In this document: positions 46,453 through 55,751 of the stretch, piece after piece
Numbering within the stretch: the first letter of the stretch is position 1
Layout: every line of letters begins with the position of its first letter
DNA from: a virus
Taxonomy: Duplodnaviria > Caudoviricetes
IMG/VR virus record: IMGVR_UViG_3300033273_000282
Coordinates: 1 to 64,000 of that record
Strand: one strand, 5' to 3'
DNA: 64,000 nt
The notes under the pieces: generated by a model
What the model was told of the DNA's origin: nothing
The model's input: the letters and a program-made list of their open reading frames with translations, nothing else
Database searches by the model: none
Made by a program: the position numbers and the translations under genes

Positions 46453-47361
46453 ATGGCTAGTATTTTAGAAGTAAGTGAGATTAGAGCTGCTGGGGGATCC
46501 ACAGCTCTGTCGCTTAATGCTGATGGCACAGTCAACATGCCACAGGGTATGACGATTGGAGGCACCGATCCTTTTAGTCAACTCGGCATTGAAAGAGGTA
46601 ATCGTGCTGCTCGATCCACCAACGCTGGAGAAGCTGTTAGGTATAATGATGAAGATCATCAACTAGAGCATTACTATGAAAATCCAGCAGGATCTCCTTC
46701 GACAGCTTTGTGGGTTCCTGTTGGCGGCAGAAAATTGGTTGCCTGGGTTGAAAGATCTGATTCTTTCGGCAGTGTTGATATTGTTTGGGGTCCTGGTACA
46801 ACTGCCAACCCACCACAATTCTATCACTCGTATGAAATTGTAATGAACTTCTATGAGCAAGGTGGTGGTAATGGTGAGTATTACTGTCGCTTTATTAAAG
46901 CAGATGGTAGTGTAGATACATCCACTAACTATTTCCACATGGGTTCTGGTTGGCACGCTAATGATGGTCGTCCTAGAGATGCTTCAGGAACTGGTGGTAG
47001 AAGCTACTTCCAGATTACTACATTGAATAATAGTTATGAACTACAGTCAAACGGCGAAGCTTCTTGGTCTACTCATTTGTGGGTAGGAAATACACCAAAT
47101 AGTTCTACAGCTAACTATTGGTCATTCTTCTATCATGGTGGAGGTGCTACAGAACAAAATGGTGGAGCATACTATGGAGGTGGTACTTGGAGAGGTGCTT
47201 CCCAATATAACGGCACTGGATATCCTTTGAGTGGAATTAGAGTTTATAACAACCAAAACATGAGAGGTGTTTCTAATGGTTGTAACTTTGCTTGTGCTGT
47301 TTATGCTACTCAACCATCTATTAGGGACTACCCTGCTGCTGGTCCATACATGAATGTTTGA
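46453..47361 (+). CDS. putative fibre tip / receptor-binding protein
   Basis: MASILEVSEI N-terminus; G/W/Y-rich C-terminal domain; directly follows the fibre gene. Confidence 0.6.
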   Translation: MASILEVSEIRAAGGSTALSLNADGTVNMPQGMTIGGTDPFSQLGIERGNRAARSTNAGEAVRYNDEDHQLEHYYENPAGSPSTALWVPVGGRKLVAWVERSDSFGSVDIVWGPGTTANPPQFYHSYEIVMNFYEQGGGNGEYYCRFIKADGSVDTSTNYFHMGSGWHANDGRPRDASGTGGRSYFQITTLNNSYELQSNGEASWSTHLWVGNTPNSSTANYWSFFYHGGGATEQNGGAYYGGGTWRGASQYNGTGYPLSGIRVYNNQNMRGVSNGCNFACAVYATQPSIRDYPAAGPYMNV

Positions 47362-47390
47362 TTGTTCTTCTACTACCACAATTTAAAGAA

Positions 47391-47747
47391 ATGAAAAAAC
47401 TAAGAGAAATTACTAGAGAAGAAAAAATTAATTTTTATTGGAATCTAGGAGAAAGACCAGAAAATTATACCCACGTACATGGTGATGGTACATCAAGACC
47501 ATACACTCGGGAAGAATGGGAGGACATGATTTGGGAGCACAGAAGACATCCAGATCTATACAACAAAGATCTTTCATACATTGGTAAGCGTAGAGAGAAA
47601 TATCCCGATGAAACAGAGCAAATTGATGCTATCTGGAAAATTCTCAAGCACCTAAGAGACAATGGTACTGACCTTGGTCCAGAGGGAGCGGTGCTTGACG
47701 AAATCTTAAGTGTAAAAACATCTATTAGAAAACCCTCTGGTCTGTGA
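47391..47747 (+). CDS. putative tail fibre assembly chaperone
   Basis: YIGKRREKYPDETEQIDAIWK resembles the RxxxYPxxxEQLD motif that follows fibre genes. Confidence 0.55.
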   Translation: MKKLREITREEKINFYWNLGERPENYTHVHGDGTSRPYTREEWEDMIWEHRRHPDLYNKDLSYIGKRREKYPDETEQIDAIWKILKHLRDNGTDLGPEGAVLDEILSVKTSIRKPSGL

Positions 47748-47753
47748 TATAAT
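47725..47753 (+). promoter_or_regulatory. sigma70-type promoter for the oxygenase cluster
   Basis: TTAGAA-N17-TATAAT with TG extension. Confidence 0.55.
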
Positions 47754-47772
47754 TAATTGAATTTCTTTTTAT

Positions 47773-48354
47773 ATGGATTTATTTGTTACTAAAGTATCTG
47801 ACTTTATCATTAAAGACATTGATACGATCCGATATGATATTATTAACTATATCCTAGAGGAAGAATCTAGTGCTCCTGTACGTGGTTCATATTCTATGAG
47901 AGGAGACACTGGATACCACTCCAGTGATACTTTGTGTGATCTAAAAACAGATTGGTCAAAAGATCTGAAGCTTCTTCTACATAGAATGCTTGAAGAACAT
48001 GCTGTTTCACAAGACAGAGCAATCCCACCCCCAGAACTTTCTAGGATTAATTGTTGGGGTATGGTGATGAGGAAAGGAGATCATTCTGTTTTCCACAACC
48101 ATCCATCTTGTATGTATAGCGGAGTGCTGTACTTAGATGTTCCTGAAGGTTTAGAAAAAGAAGGGCAACTTGTTTTTGTGGATCCAAGAACTCAAACCAG
48201 AGTTGGTAAGTATTACGATCACACGGTGTATCATAAAATTACTCCTAAGATTGGTCATGCCTATGTTTTCCCAAATTGGTTGGATCATTATGTAGAACCA
48301 CATTTTTGTGAAGGTGATCGAATCTCTATTTCGTTTAACCTTGCCGAGTTTTGA
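47773..48354 (+). CDS. 2OG-Fe(II) oxygenase, TIGR02466-like
   Basis: WGMVMRKGDHSVFHNHP...SGVLYL...VFPNWLDHYV...DRISISFN. Confidence 0.9.
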   Translation: MDLFVTKVSDFIIKDIDTIRYDIINYILEEESSAPVRGSYSMRGDTGYHSSDTLCDLKTDWSKDLKLLLHRMLEEHAVSQDRAIPPPELSRINCWGMVMRKGDHSVFHNHPSCMYSGVLYLDVPEGLEKEGQLVFVDPRTQTRVGKYYDHTVYHKITPKIGHAYVFPNWLDHYVEPHFCEGDRISISFNLAEF

Positions 48355-48380
48355 TAAATATTTAAACACACCATTACTAC

Positions 48381-48578
48381 GTGATAACAATGGACACAGC
48401 AGAACTTAGAAAAAACTTTGACGATCAACTTGCTAACACTGATAAGCAAATTGCTGAACTAGAAGCAAACCTCGCCAAAGCAAAAGAATATAGACTAAAG
48501 TTGGTTGGTGGTCTAGAAACCCTAGATCTACTCAATCCCAAAGAAGAAACACCTGCTGAAGAACCAGCAGCAGAATGA
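48381..48578 (+). CDS. small coiled-coil protein
   Basis: TAAATA at 48356; heptad pattern QLANTDKQIAELEANLAKAKEY. Confidence 0.75.
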   Translation: MITMDTAELRKNFDDQLANTDKQIAELEANLAKAKEYRLKLVGGLETLDLLNPKEETPAEEPAAE

Positions 48579-49273
48579 TAAACGCTAAAGATTTTGACAT
48601 CGACCCCTCATCTTGGGAGGTCGATGTTCTTCATATTGGACAGTCTCAAAATAGATTGGTGAAGATTAGAAACTTTTTCTCTAACCCTGATAAGGTTAGA
48701 GAAATTGGTATGCAAGCAGAACTGAAGAGCACTATCATGGGAGAAGTCTCTGCCATTCCTGGATACACAGGTAGGATAGGTGGAGTTGACATGAAGTTCT
48801 TTACTAATTTCAGAACTCCAATACTAGAAAGAATGGCTGCTCCCATGACCATTCTACACAATCCTAAACTAAGCATCTTTACAATACAAAGATATAAACC
48901 AGGGACTGAGTGTAGAGTTATGAGCATGTATCCACATGTAGATTGGATGCACTATGCTTGTGTGCTATCATTGAACACAGAAGAAGAATTAGCAGGCACT
49001 GATAGTGGCACAGGGTTCTGTAGACAGATTGAAACTGGTATGGAACACACTTGTTCCGACATCAATTATCGCCACCTTAGAGCAAGGAACCTGGATGAAT
49101 CTATGACTACTCTAGACCCTTCTACATTTGATAGAAAGGGTTGGGAGTTGTACCACATAGAACCACATGAATATAATACTCTGGTAATATACGAGGGTAA
49201 TGTCTGGCACATACCATATTTCAATACCAACTGGAAATGTGATCGATTAACCTTTAATGGATTTTTGAAATGA
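48575..49273 (+). CDS. DUF6445-like / 2OG-Fe(II) oxygenase-fold protein
   Basis: IRNFFSNPDKVR; PHVD; GTGF; YNTLVIYEGNVWH; RLTFNGF. Confidence 0.75.
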   Translation: MINAKDFDIDPSSWEVDVLHIGQSQNRLVKIRNFFSNPDKVREIGMQAELKSTIMGEVSAIPGYTGRIGGVDMKFFTNFRTPILERMAAPMTILHNPKLSIFTIQRYKPGTECRVMSMYPHVDWMHYACVLSLNTEEELAGTDSGTGFCRQIETGMEHTCSDINYRHLRARNLDESMTTLDPSTFDRKGWELYHIEPHEYNTLVIYEGNVWHIPYFNTNWKCDRLTFNGFLK

Positions 49274-49812
49274 CCTTTGATGCTATTTGGTATAAAACTA
49301 CTTTACCTAAAACTGTTATCAATTCTTTTTTAGAAGAATCTAAATTGTATGATACAGAACAAGCATCTTTGAGAGAAGATGTTATAAATTTAGAAACTAG
49401 AGATAGTAAAATTGCTTGGTTATCCAGTAATCATTGGATTGCTGGATTTTGTTATCATTATGTTTTACAAGCAAACGAAGGTAATTTTGGGTATGATATA
49501 AAACCTTTTGGAGATAAGTTTTTACAGTATACAACTTACTCGGAGGGTGAGTATTATGATTGGCATGTAGATACTATTAGAAACCAAGACTCAATAAGAA
49601 AATTATCTTTCACTCTACAGTTATCAGATCCAGAAGATTATTCTGGTGGTGAGTTACAATTTATTGATGAAGGAGATCAAATGTTTTTTGCTCCGAAAGA
49701 ACGAGGTACTATTATTGTCTTTGACAGTAGGGTAAAACACCGTGTGAAGAAAGTTAGATCTGGTTGTAGAAAATCTTTGGTTGGTTGGGTAGAAGGTCCG
49801 AGATGGAAGTAA
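49270..49812 (+). CDS. 2OG-Fe(II) oxygenase (PKHD/prolyl-hydroxylase-like)
   Basis: YDWHVD...RKLS...DYSGGEL...VFDSRVKHRV...RKSLVGW. Confidence 0.92.
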   Translation: MTFDAIWYKTTLPKTVINSFLEESKLYDTEQASLREDVINLETRDSKIAWLSSNHWIAGFCYHYVLQANEGNFGYDIKPFGDKFLQYTTYSEGEYYDWHVDTIRNQDSIRKLSFTLQLSDPEDYSGGELQFIDEGDQMFFAPKERGTIIVFDSRVKHRVKKVRSGCRKSLVGWVEGPRWK

Positions 49813-50330
49813 GAAAAGATTGGTTAGTCTTAGAGTGTCAAGGTCTTCTGGATGTCTCTAGTTTTATAGAATCTCCTCCAATAAAACTAGAAAGAGAAAC
49901 ATGTGATATCATTCAAGGAAAAACTTCTTCTAGATACAACCACCCAGCATTTAAAGAATTACACTACGATTGTAAGAACAAACTAGAGTATCTACTACAG
50001 GAAAAATTATATCCTACTTACTACTTCGATAGATTTTATTTCAATGGTAGTAGAATGGATAGACATGTAGATAGAGAATCTTGTGAGATTAGTGTGTCTG
50101 TAAATATAAGTTCTAACTTAGATCATGATTGGGGTCTTTGGTTTGAACTAGAGGATTCGTTTGAGTGTTTTACTTCTCCTGGAGATGCTATAATTTACCG
50201 AGGAATAGAGGTCCCTCACTGGAGAAAGAAAATGGTTGGAAACAAGAAATCGTATTTCCACCAGTTGTTCTTACACTACGTTAGAGCAGATGGACACTAC
50301 CTAGAATACGCCTATGACAGAAGATCCTAA
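49803..50330 (+). CDS. 2OG-Fe(II) oxygenase-like protein
   Basis: HVDRESCEISVS...GDAIIYRGIEVPHWR...QLFLHY. Confidence 0.8.
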   Translation: MEVRKDWLVLECQGLLDVSSFIESPPIKLERETCDIIQGKTSSRYNHPAFKELHYDCKNKLEYLLQEKLYPTYYFDRFYFNGSRMDRHVDRESCEISVSVNISSNLDHDWGLWFELEDSFECFTSPGDAIIYRGIEVPHWRKKMVGNKKSYFHQLFLHYVRADGHYLEYAYDRRS

Positions 50331-50358
50331 ATAGTATTAGGGACTTTGTGTAAGATAC

Positions 50359-51189
50359 ATGGCATCGCCAAGCACTAGGCAGGAACTAATTGATTACTGT
50401 AAACGTCAGTTGGGTGCTCCTGTATTACAAATTAACATTGCTGATGAGCAAACTAGTGACATCATCGATGATGCCATTCAGTTCTATCACGAACATCATT
50501 TTGATGGACTTGAGAAAATGTATCTCAAGCACAATATCACTGATCTAGACATCACTAGATTTACCACACAAAATGAGGTCACTCAGACTGTAGACCCAGA
50601 TGCTACTGGTTGGGAGCACAGAAAGAACTTCCTAGAGATCCCAGAGCATGTGATGGGCATCAGTAAAGTATTTGGTGTATCATCCAATTTCGTTCGTAAT
50701 GAACTGTTTGGTATGACAAACCAGTTCTTCCTGATGGACATGTTCTCCTTCTCGAATGGATTCAAGATGGGGAACTTTGACTTGACCAACTTCTATATGG
50801 TCAAGCAGTATTTTGAAACTCTGGATCAAGTTATCAATACTGGTTCTTTTGTACAGTATAGATTCACCAAAAGGCAGGACAGACTGTACATTGACATTGA
50901 TACCAGCAGACTAGTAGAAGGTAACTGGATTCTAATCGATTGCTGGGGTGCTGTAGATCCAGAAACATACACCCAAGTATATAATGATTCATTTGTAAAG
51001 AGGTATGCTACTGCTCTAATGAAGAGGCAGTGGGGAGCAAACCTCATCAAATTTAATAATGTACAACTTCCTGGTGGCATCACTCTCAATGGTCGTCAGA
51101 TCTGGGAGGATGGAAACAGAGAAGTTCAGCAACTTGAGTCAGAAATGCTGACCAAGTATTCCCTTCCACCTATGGATATGATCGGATAA
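50359..51189 (+). CDS. g13: neck protein gp13
   Basis: STRQELIDYCKRQLGAPVLQIN...KRQWGANLIKF...LPGGITLNG. Confidence 0.95.
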   Translation: MASPSTRQELIDYCKRQLGAPVLQINIADEQTSDIIDDAIQFYHEHHFDGLEKMYLKHNITDLDITRFTTQNEVTQTVDPDATGWEHRKNFLEIPEHVMGISKVFGVSSNFVRNELFGMTNQFFLMDMFSFSNGFKMGNFDLTNFYMVKQYFETLDQVINTGSFVQYRFTKRQDRLYIDIDTSRLVEGNWILIDCWGAVDPETYTQVYNDSFVKRYATALMKRQWGANLIKFNNVQLPGGITLNGRQIWEDGNREVQQLESEMLTKYSLPPMDMIG

Positions 51190-51190
51190 G

Positions 51191-52312
51191 ATGCCAACAT
51201 CACCATATTTTCCTACTTACTATAGCGGTTATTCTGGCGAGCAAAATCTCGTACAGGATCTCGTTGACGAACAGATTAAACTGTTTGGATCAGACATCTA
51301 CTACATGCCAAGGACAATCCTAAAGGATAATACTTTGGATGATATCATCTATTCAAAGTATGAGTCTCAGTTTCAAATTGAGATGCTACTAGAGAATGTT
51401 ACTGGATTCGGAGAGACATCTGAGTTCATCAGTAAGTTCGGTCTACGTATTACAGATGAAGTAAAGTTCCGTGTATCTACAAGACGCTGGGACGAAGCTT
51501 CGAATGGATATGATCTGACTGTAGATGGTAGACCCAATGAAGGGGATCTTCTATACTTCCCTCTTACAAAAGACTTATATGAAATCAAATTTGTAGAGCG
51601 AGAGCAACCTTTCTACCAGATGGGTAAACTCCAGTTCTACACAATGACTGCCGAGATCTACGAGGTTGGTAGTGATAGTATTGAAACTGGTGTTGCTGAG
51701 ATCGATGTAATCGAAACAACTCAGTCTAGTTCTATCAAACTCTTCATGGACCCTGGTGGTACAGGAGACTTCATTGTTGGTGAAGAGATTGTGGGAGATG
51801 AGTTCCTTGCTAAGGCAACAGCAAGCATTGATAGTGGTGCCGTAGATAGTGTAATCATGACAGACACTGGTCTGTACTACAATCAGGCACTACCACCAAC
51901 AGTCACATTCACTGGAGGAGGAGCAACTACAAATGCTACGGGTACTGCTACGGTTTCTGCTACTGGTCTTATTACTGGTATCGTTATCACAGATGGCGGC
52001 AGTGGTTATACTTCTGAACCTACTGTCACAATCGACTACTCACCCAAAGACAATAGAGCAGAAGTCAAATCCTGGGATAGTGCTACCAGAGCACTCGAAG
52101 TCATCAACAGAACAGGAACGTTTACTACAGCGGAACTAGTTACTGGTCTAACCTCTGGTGCTAAGTGGAGTCCTGAGTCTTTCAACACTCTAAATAATAC
52201 CAACAGCAACTACGATCAAAATTATGAGATCGAAGAAGAGGCTGATGAATTAATCGATTGGGGAGAAATTAATCCCTTCGGTGAGTATGGTAACTTTATG
52301 GATTCATTCTAA
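51191..52312 (+). CDS. g14: neck protein gp14
   Basis: EQNLVQDLVDEQIKLFG...SKFGL...RPNEGDLLYFPL. Confidence 0.95.
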   Translation: MPTSPYFPTYYSGYSGEQNLVQDLVDEQIKLFGSDIYYMPRTILKDNTLDDIIYSKYESQFQIEMLLENVTGFGETSEFISKFGLRITDEVKFRVSTRRWDEASNGYDLTVDGRPNEGDLLYFPLTKDLYEIKFVEREQPFYQMGKLQFYTMTAEIYEVGSDSIETGVAEIDVIETTQSSSIKLFMDPGGTGDFIVGEEIVGDEFLAKATASIDSGAVDSVIMTDTGLYYNQALPPTVTFTGGGATTNATGTATVSATGLITGIVITDGGSGYTSEPTVTIDYSPKDNRAEVKSWDSATRALEVINRTGTFTTAELVTGLTSGAKWSPESFNTLNNTNSNYDQNYEIEEEADELIDWGEINPFGEYGNFMDSF

Positions 52313-53115
52313 TGCTTGGGGCACATTTTTATAACGAAGCTACCCGTAAGACCGTTATCGGTTTTGGTACGCTATTCAATAACATTGAACTTAAAAAAGT
52401 AGATCCCAACACAGGTGATGTGTTGGAGGTTGAAAAGGTTCCTCTTGCTTATGGACCTAAGCAAAAGTTCTTGGCACGTCTGGAGCAGAATCCAGATGTA
52501 GCAAACAAAGTTGCTATTACACTACCACGTCTTTATTTTGAGATGACTGGTATCACGTATGATGCTGCTCGTAAGACAAGTCCTGTACAAAAATACAGGA
52601 CTACTATTGCTGATGACGGCACAGAAGTTAAGACACAGTATGTTCCAGTTCCATACGATATGTCATTTGAACTAGGAATTATTGCCAAGTCTCAAGATGA
52701 TGGTCTACAGATTCTGGAACAAATTCTACCTTTCTTCCAACCAAACTTTAACATCACTCTCAACATGATTAGTGATATGGAGGAAAAGAGAGACATTGCT
52801 ATCGTTCTAAACAACATCAATTATGAAGATGATTGGGATGATAATTTCCTTGATCGTAGAAGTATTGTTTGGACTCTAAACTTTACTGCTAAGTCTTACA
52901 TCTACGGTCCTTACACCAACACAGGTATCATTCGTAAGGCAACTATTTACGAATCCGCTGGTGACCTTGCTCAAAGCAGAAGAACTGCTGCCTACAGTTA
53001 CTCACCTAAGGCACTAGAAGATAAGAACAATGATGGTGTTATCAATGCTGCTGATGATGAATTAATCATCTCTACCGACGACTTTGGATTTAATGAAGGG
53101 ATTGAAATCTTATGA
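52312..53115 (+). CDS. g15: tail sheath stabiliser / terminator gp15
   Basis: FYNEATRKTVIGFGTLFNNI...VPLAYGPKQKFLARL...LEQILPFFQP. Confidence 0.95.
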   Translation: MLGAHFYNEATRKTVIGFGTLFNNIELKKVDPNTGDVLEVEKVPLAYGPKQKFLARLEQNPDVANKVAITLPRLYFEMTGITYDAARKTSPVQKYRTTIADDGTEVKTQYVPVPYDMSFELGIIAKSQDDGLQILEQILPFFQPNFNITLNMISDMEEKRDIAIVLNNINYEDDWDDNFLDRRSIVWTLNFTAKSYIYGPYTNTGIIRKATIYESAGDLAQSRRTAAYSYSPKALEDKNNDGVINAADDELIISTDDFGFNEGIEIL

Positions 53116-53531
53116 GCAAATTTGAAGAGAACATGGAAAATATCTTTGATATCGAAGTTGAGTCTACAGATATTGAACCGTCCAAACCAGCGCCACCAAA
53201 GGCAGATAAAGACGATCAAACTAAAGACTATGAGTATACCCGTGGGTCTTTGTACTCACTCATAGACAAGGGCAGAGAGGCGCTAGACGGCGCTCTAGAG
53301 GTTGCTCAGGAGTCAGGGCACCCTAGGGCATACGAAGTCGCTGTGAACGCCATGAAGCAGGTAGCAGACGCCACTGACAAACTTATTGATCTTCAGCAGA
53401 AGATGAAAAACCTTGAGGCACCTACCAAGAGGGAGACCAACAACACTACAAACAATCTATTTGTTGGCAGCACAGCAGACCTCCAGAAAATGCTCAAACA
53501 AATAAATAAGAATGAAGAGAAAGGAGAGTAA
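53112..53531 (+). CDS. g16: terminase small subunit gp16
   Basis: DYEYTRGSLY...A.ESGHPRAYEV...TNNLFVGSTADLQKML. Confidence 0.95.
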   Translation: MSKFEENMENIFDIEVESTDIEPSKPAPPKADKDDQTKDYEYTRGSLYSLIDKGREALDGALEVAQESGHPRAYEVAVNAMKQVADATDKLIDLQQKMKNLEAPTKRETNNTTNNLFVGSTADLQKMLKQINKNEEKGE

Positions 53532-53977
53532 TGTTAGTCACACCAATTGGTAAAATTACATCATTGGATTCTGCTTCCGATATTGACGCTGGGTATCCTT
53601 CTGGTAATGGAGGTGGCGTGTTGAATGGAAAAGAAATTCTACGAGCAAGCATTGTTAAAATTAACAATGCTTCAGACAAACCTGTTTGTGCCAGAGTAGT
53701 TAGAGTTACTGGTCTCAATACAACGACTGGAGAACCATATAGTATTTTCCAGCAAAATAATATTGAGACTTTCAACTATCACGATATGATTATTGCTGCT
53801 GGTGAGACTGCCTACATCAGAAAAGAACCTACTCAAACTACTTTCGACGATCCTGACATTCCAACTTACAAGGATCAACCAGCATCTGGTGGAGAAACTA
53901 TTCAGATAAGATTGGCACCAAACCAAACTGCTGGCACTGGTTATGTCTATGCTTCCCCTGTAACAATCGTTGGGTAA
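53531..53977 (+). CDS. hypothetical protein
   Basis: 148-aa ORF translationally coupled to g16. Confidence 0.7.
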   Translation: MLVTPIGKITSLDSASDIDAGYPSGNGGGVLNGKEILRASIVKINNASDKPVCARVVRVTGLNTTTGEPYSIFQQNNIETFNYHDMIIAAGETAYIRKEPTQTTFDDPDIPTYKDQPASGGETIQIRLAPNQTAGTGYVYASPVTIVG

Positions 53978-53982
53978 TAAAT

Positions 53983-54264
53983 ATGAAGTCGTTTAAAGAC
54001 CTCAGGGATGACATTCAAGAAGCAGCCTGGACTAGAAAAGAAGGTAAGAAACAGTCTGGTGGTCTTAACGAGAAAGGACGAAAGTCTTACGAAAGAGAAA
54101 ATCCAGGATCTGACCTTAAAGCACCAAGCAAGAAAGTTGGAAATCCCCGTAGGAAATCATTCTGTGCTCGAATGAAAGGAATGAAAGCAAAACTAACTTC
54201 CAAGAAAACAGCACGTGATCCAGACTCCCGTATTAACAAATCATTACGAGCCTGGAATTGTTGA
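53983..54264 (+). CDS. basic hypothetical protein (DUF6321-like)
   Basis: GGLNEKGRKSY...SDLKAP...RRKSFCARM; late promoter just upstream. Confidence 0.75.
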   Translation: MKSFKDLRDDIQEAAWTRKEGKKQSGGLNEKGRKSYERENPGSDLKAPSKKVGNPRRKSFCARMKGMKAKLTSKKTARDPDSRINKSLRAWNC

Positions 54265-54305
54265 CCTGAATAGATATAATTACATTATTAGAATGGCATA
54301 TGGAA

Positions 54306-54455
54306 ATGAGACTAAACTCAGATGACATTGCACGTTTGATTCGTGCTTGTGAAATGTACAAGGACTACACAGGATCTGAATACATGTGGGACGAGTATGA
54401 TCGTCTCGAAAAGAAACTGATGTATTACGAAGAAGAGAATTGCCCTGAGGAATAG
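54306..54455 (+). CDS. small hypothetical protein (49 aa)
   Basis: MRLNSDDIARLIRACEMYKDYTGSEYMWDEYD...; translated by hand. Confidence 0.7.
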   Translation: MRLNSDDIARLIRACEMYKDYTGSEYMWDEYDRLEKKLMYYEEENCPEE

Positions 54456-54548
54456 TCAGGAAGTCAAGACAAAACCACGCTACAATAAGCTACAGATAGG
54501 TAGCAGAAGGCGGGATCCTCCTAGATAAAGTAGCTGCTATAAAGTTAT

Positions 54549-54872
54549 ATGAAGTTTATTCTAGGACTTCTAGCTACAATGTTTCTCGCATTCCCAGCAT
54601 GGGCAGTCGATGTCCAAATGGGATACGACGGAAACCTCGTCTTCGAACCAGCAGAAGTCACTATTTCCGCTGGTGAGTCAGTTCATTTTGTTAATAATAT
54701 GCTTCCTCCTCATAATGTAGTGGTGGAAGATCATCCAGAAATTTCACACGAAGGTCTCGCTATGATGCCTGGCGAAGAGTTCGATGTTGTATTTGCTGAA
54801 GCAGGTGACTATACTTACTGGTGTGGTCCTCATAAGGGGGCTGGCATGATCGGTACAGTACATGTTGAATGA
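54549..54872 (+). CDS. petE: plastocyanin
   Basis: Signal peptide ending AWA; PHNVV...YWCGPHKGAGM copper ligands. Confidence 0.97.
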   Translation: MKFILGLLATMFLAFPAWAVDVQMGYDGNLVFEPAEVTISAGESVHFVNNMLPPHNVVVEDHPEISHEGLAMMPGEEFDVVFAEAGDYTYWCGPHKGAGMIGTVHVE

Positions 54873-55375
54873 TGAAAAAACTAAACACTGTTGTTTTAGA
54901 CATCACTGTTGCAATACTAGACTTCCTTTATCAAGGAAGAGACTATCCCCGCTTTTGGGTGCTTGAGGAAATTGCTCGGGCACCCTATTTTGCGTTCTTA
55001 AGTGTCTTACATTTTAGAGAAAGCATGGGACTTCGTGGTCCTGAGCACATAGATCTAATGATAGAACACTTCGAGCAATCAATCAATGAAACAGAACATC
55101 TGGAATACATGGAAAGCAGGGGCGGTAATTCTTATTGGATTGATCGCTTTGTTGCCAAACACCTCGTCCTTATCTATTATTGGGTCAATGTGGTTTATTA
55201 CTGGGTGGCTCCTAAGTCTGCATACCATTTGTCGTATGAAGTAGAGATTCATGCTGCTACAACATATGCCAAATACTTGGCACTCAATGGTCACGATGAA
55301 AAGATCCTTGAGATCTTAAATGATGAACTACAGCACTCTCGTGAATTAGAAAAAGCGATGGAGAATGTCAAATGA
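54869..55375 (+). CDS. ptox: plastoquinol terminal oxidase
   Basis: RFWVLEEIARAPYF; EHFEQSINETEHL; EVEIHAATTY di-iron motifs. Confidence 0.95.
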   Translation: MMKKLNTVVLDITVAILDFLYQGRDYPRFWVLEEIARAPYFAFLSVLHFRESMGLRGPEHIDLMIEHFEQSINETEHLEYMESRGGNSYWIDRFVAKHLVLIYYWVNVVYYWVAPKSAYHLSYEVEIHAATTYAKYLALNGHDEKILEILNDELQHSRELEKAMENVK

Positions 55376-55590
55376 AATGGAAATGGGGTAAGGATATAGA
55401 TCCACCAGATCACGTAACCAAAGCAGAAGTGCAGGAGATGATCGACGATGCCATACGAAAACATAATCGTAATGCTGGAATTATCAGCATGTGTGTTGGT
55501 TGGGTTGTTCTTGCACTTTTTGCTGAAGGTCTGCTTCGACTTATTGGAGTAATCGATCCCGTATTACCATGGCTCAACATACACTTATAA
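55372..55590 (+). CDS. small membrane protein
   Basis: EVQEMIDDAIRKHNRNAGIISMCVGWVVLALF; one transmembrane segment. Confidence 0.75.
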   Translation: MKWKWGKDIDPPDHVTKAEVQEMIDDAIRKHNRNAGIISMCVGWVVLALFAEGLLRLIGVIDPVLPWLNIHL

Positions 55591-55751
55591 TTGAATGGAT
55601 AGGCATTATCTTTGCCCTGGTATTTGGTGTGACCATGTTCTGTCAAGGTCATGCTATATTTCATGGTAAATATGGATATAGACATTATGAGCGTGATAAG
55701 CAAAAGATGTCTGATGCCCGTAAACAAGTAGAGGATTTATTTAAAAAATGA
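55569..55751 (+). CDS. small membrane protein
   Basis: Transmembrane segment followed by QGHAIFHGKYGY. Confidence 0.6.
   Translation: MAQHTLIIEWIGIIFALVFGVTMFCQGHAIFHGKYGYRHYERDKQKMSDARKQVEDLFKK

Noticed and set aside
11233-46956. Many short antisense and alternate-frame ORFs inside structural genes
   Set aside because: Expected by-product of strong codon bias in very long + strand genes
35049-47747. Diversity-generating retroelement acting on the fibre tip
   Set aside because: No reverse transcriptase and no template/variable repeat pair differing only at adenines was seen
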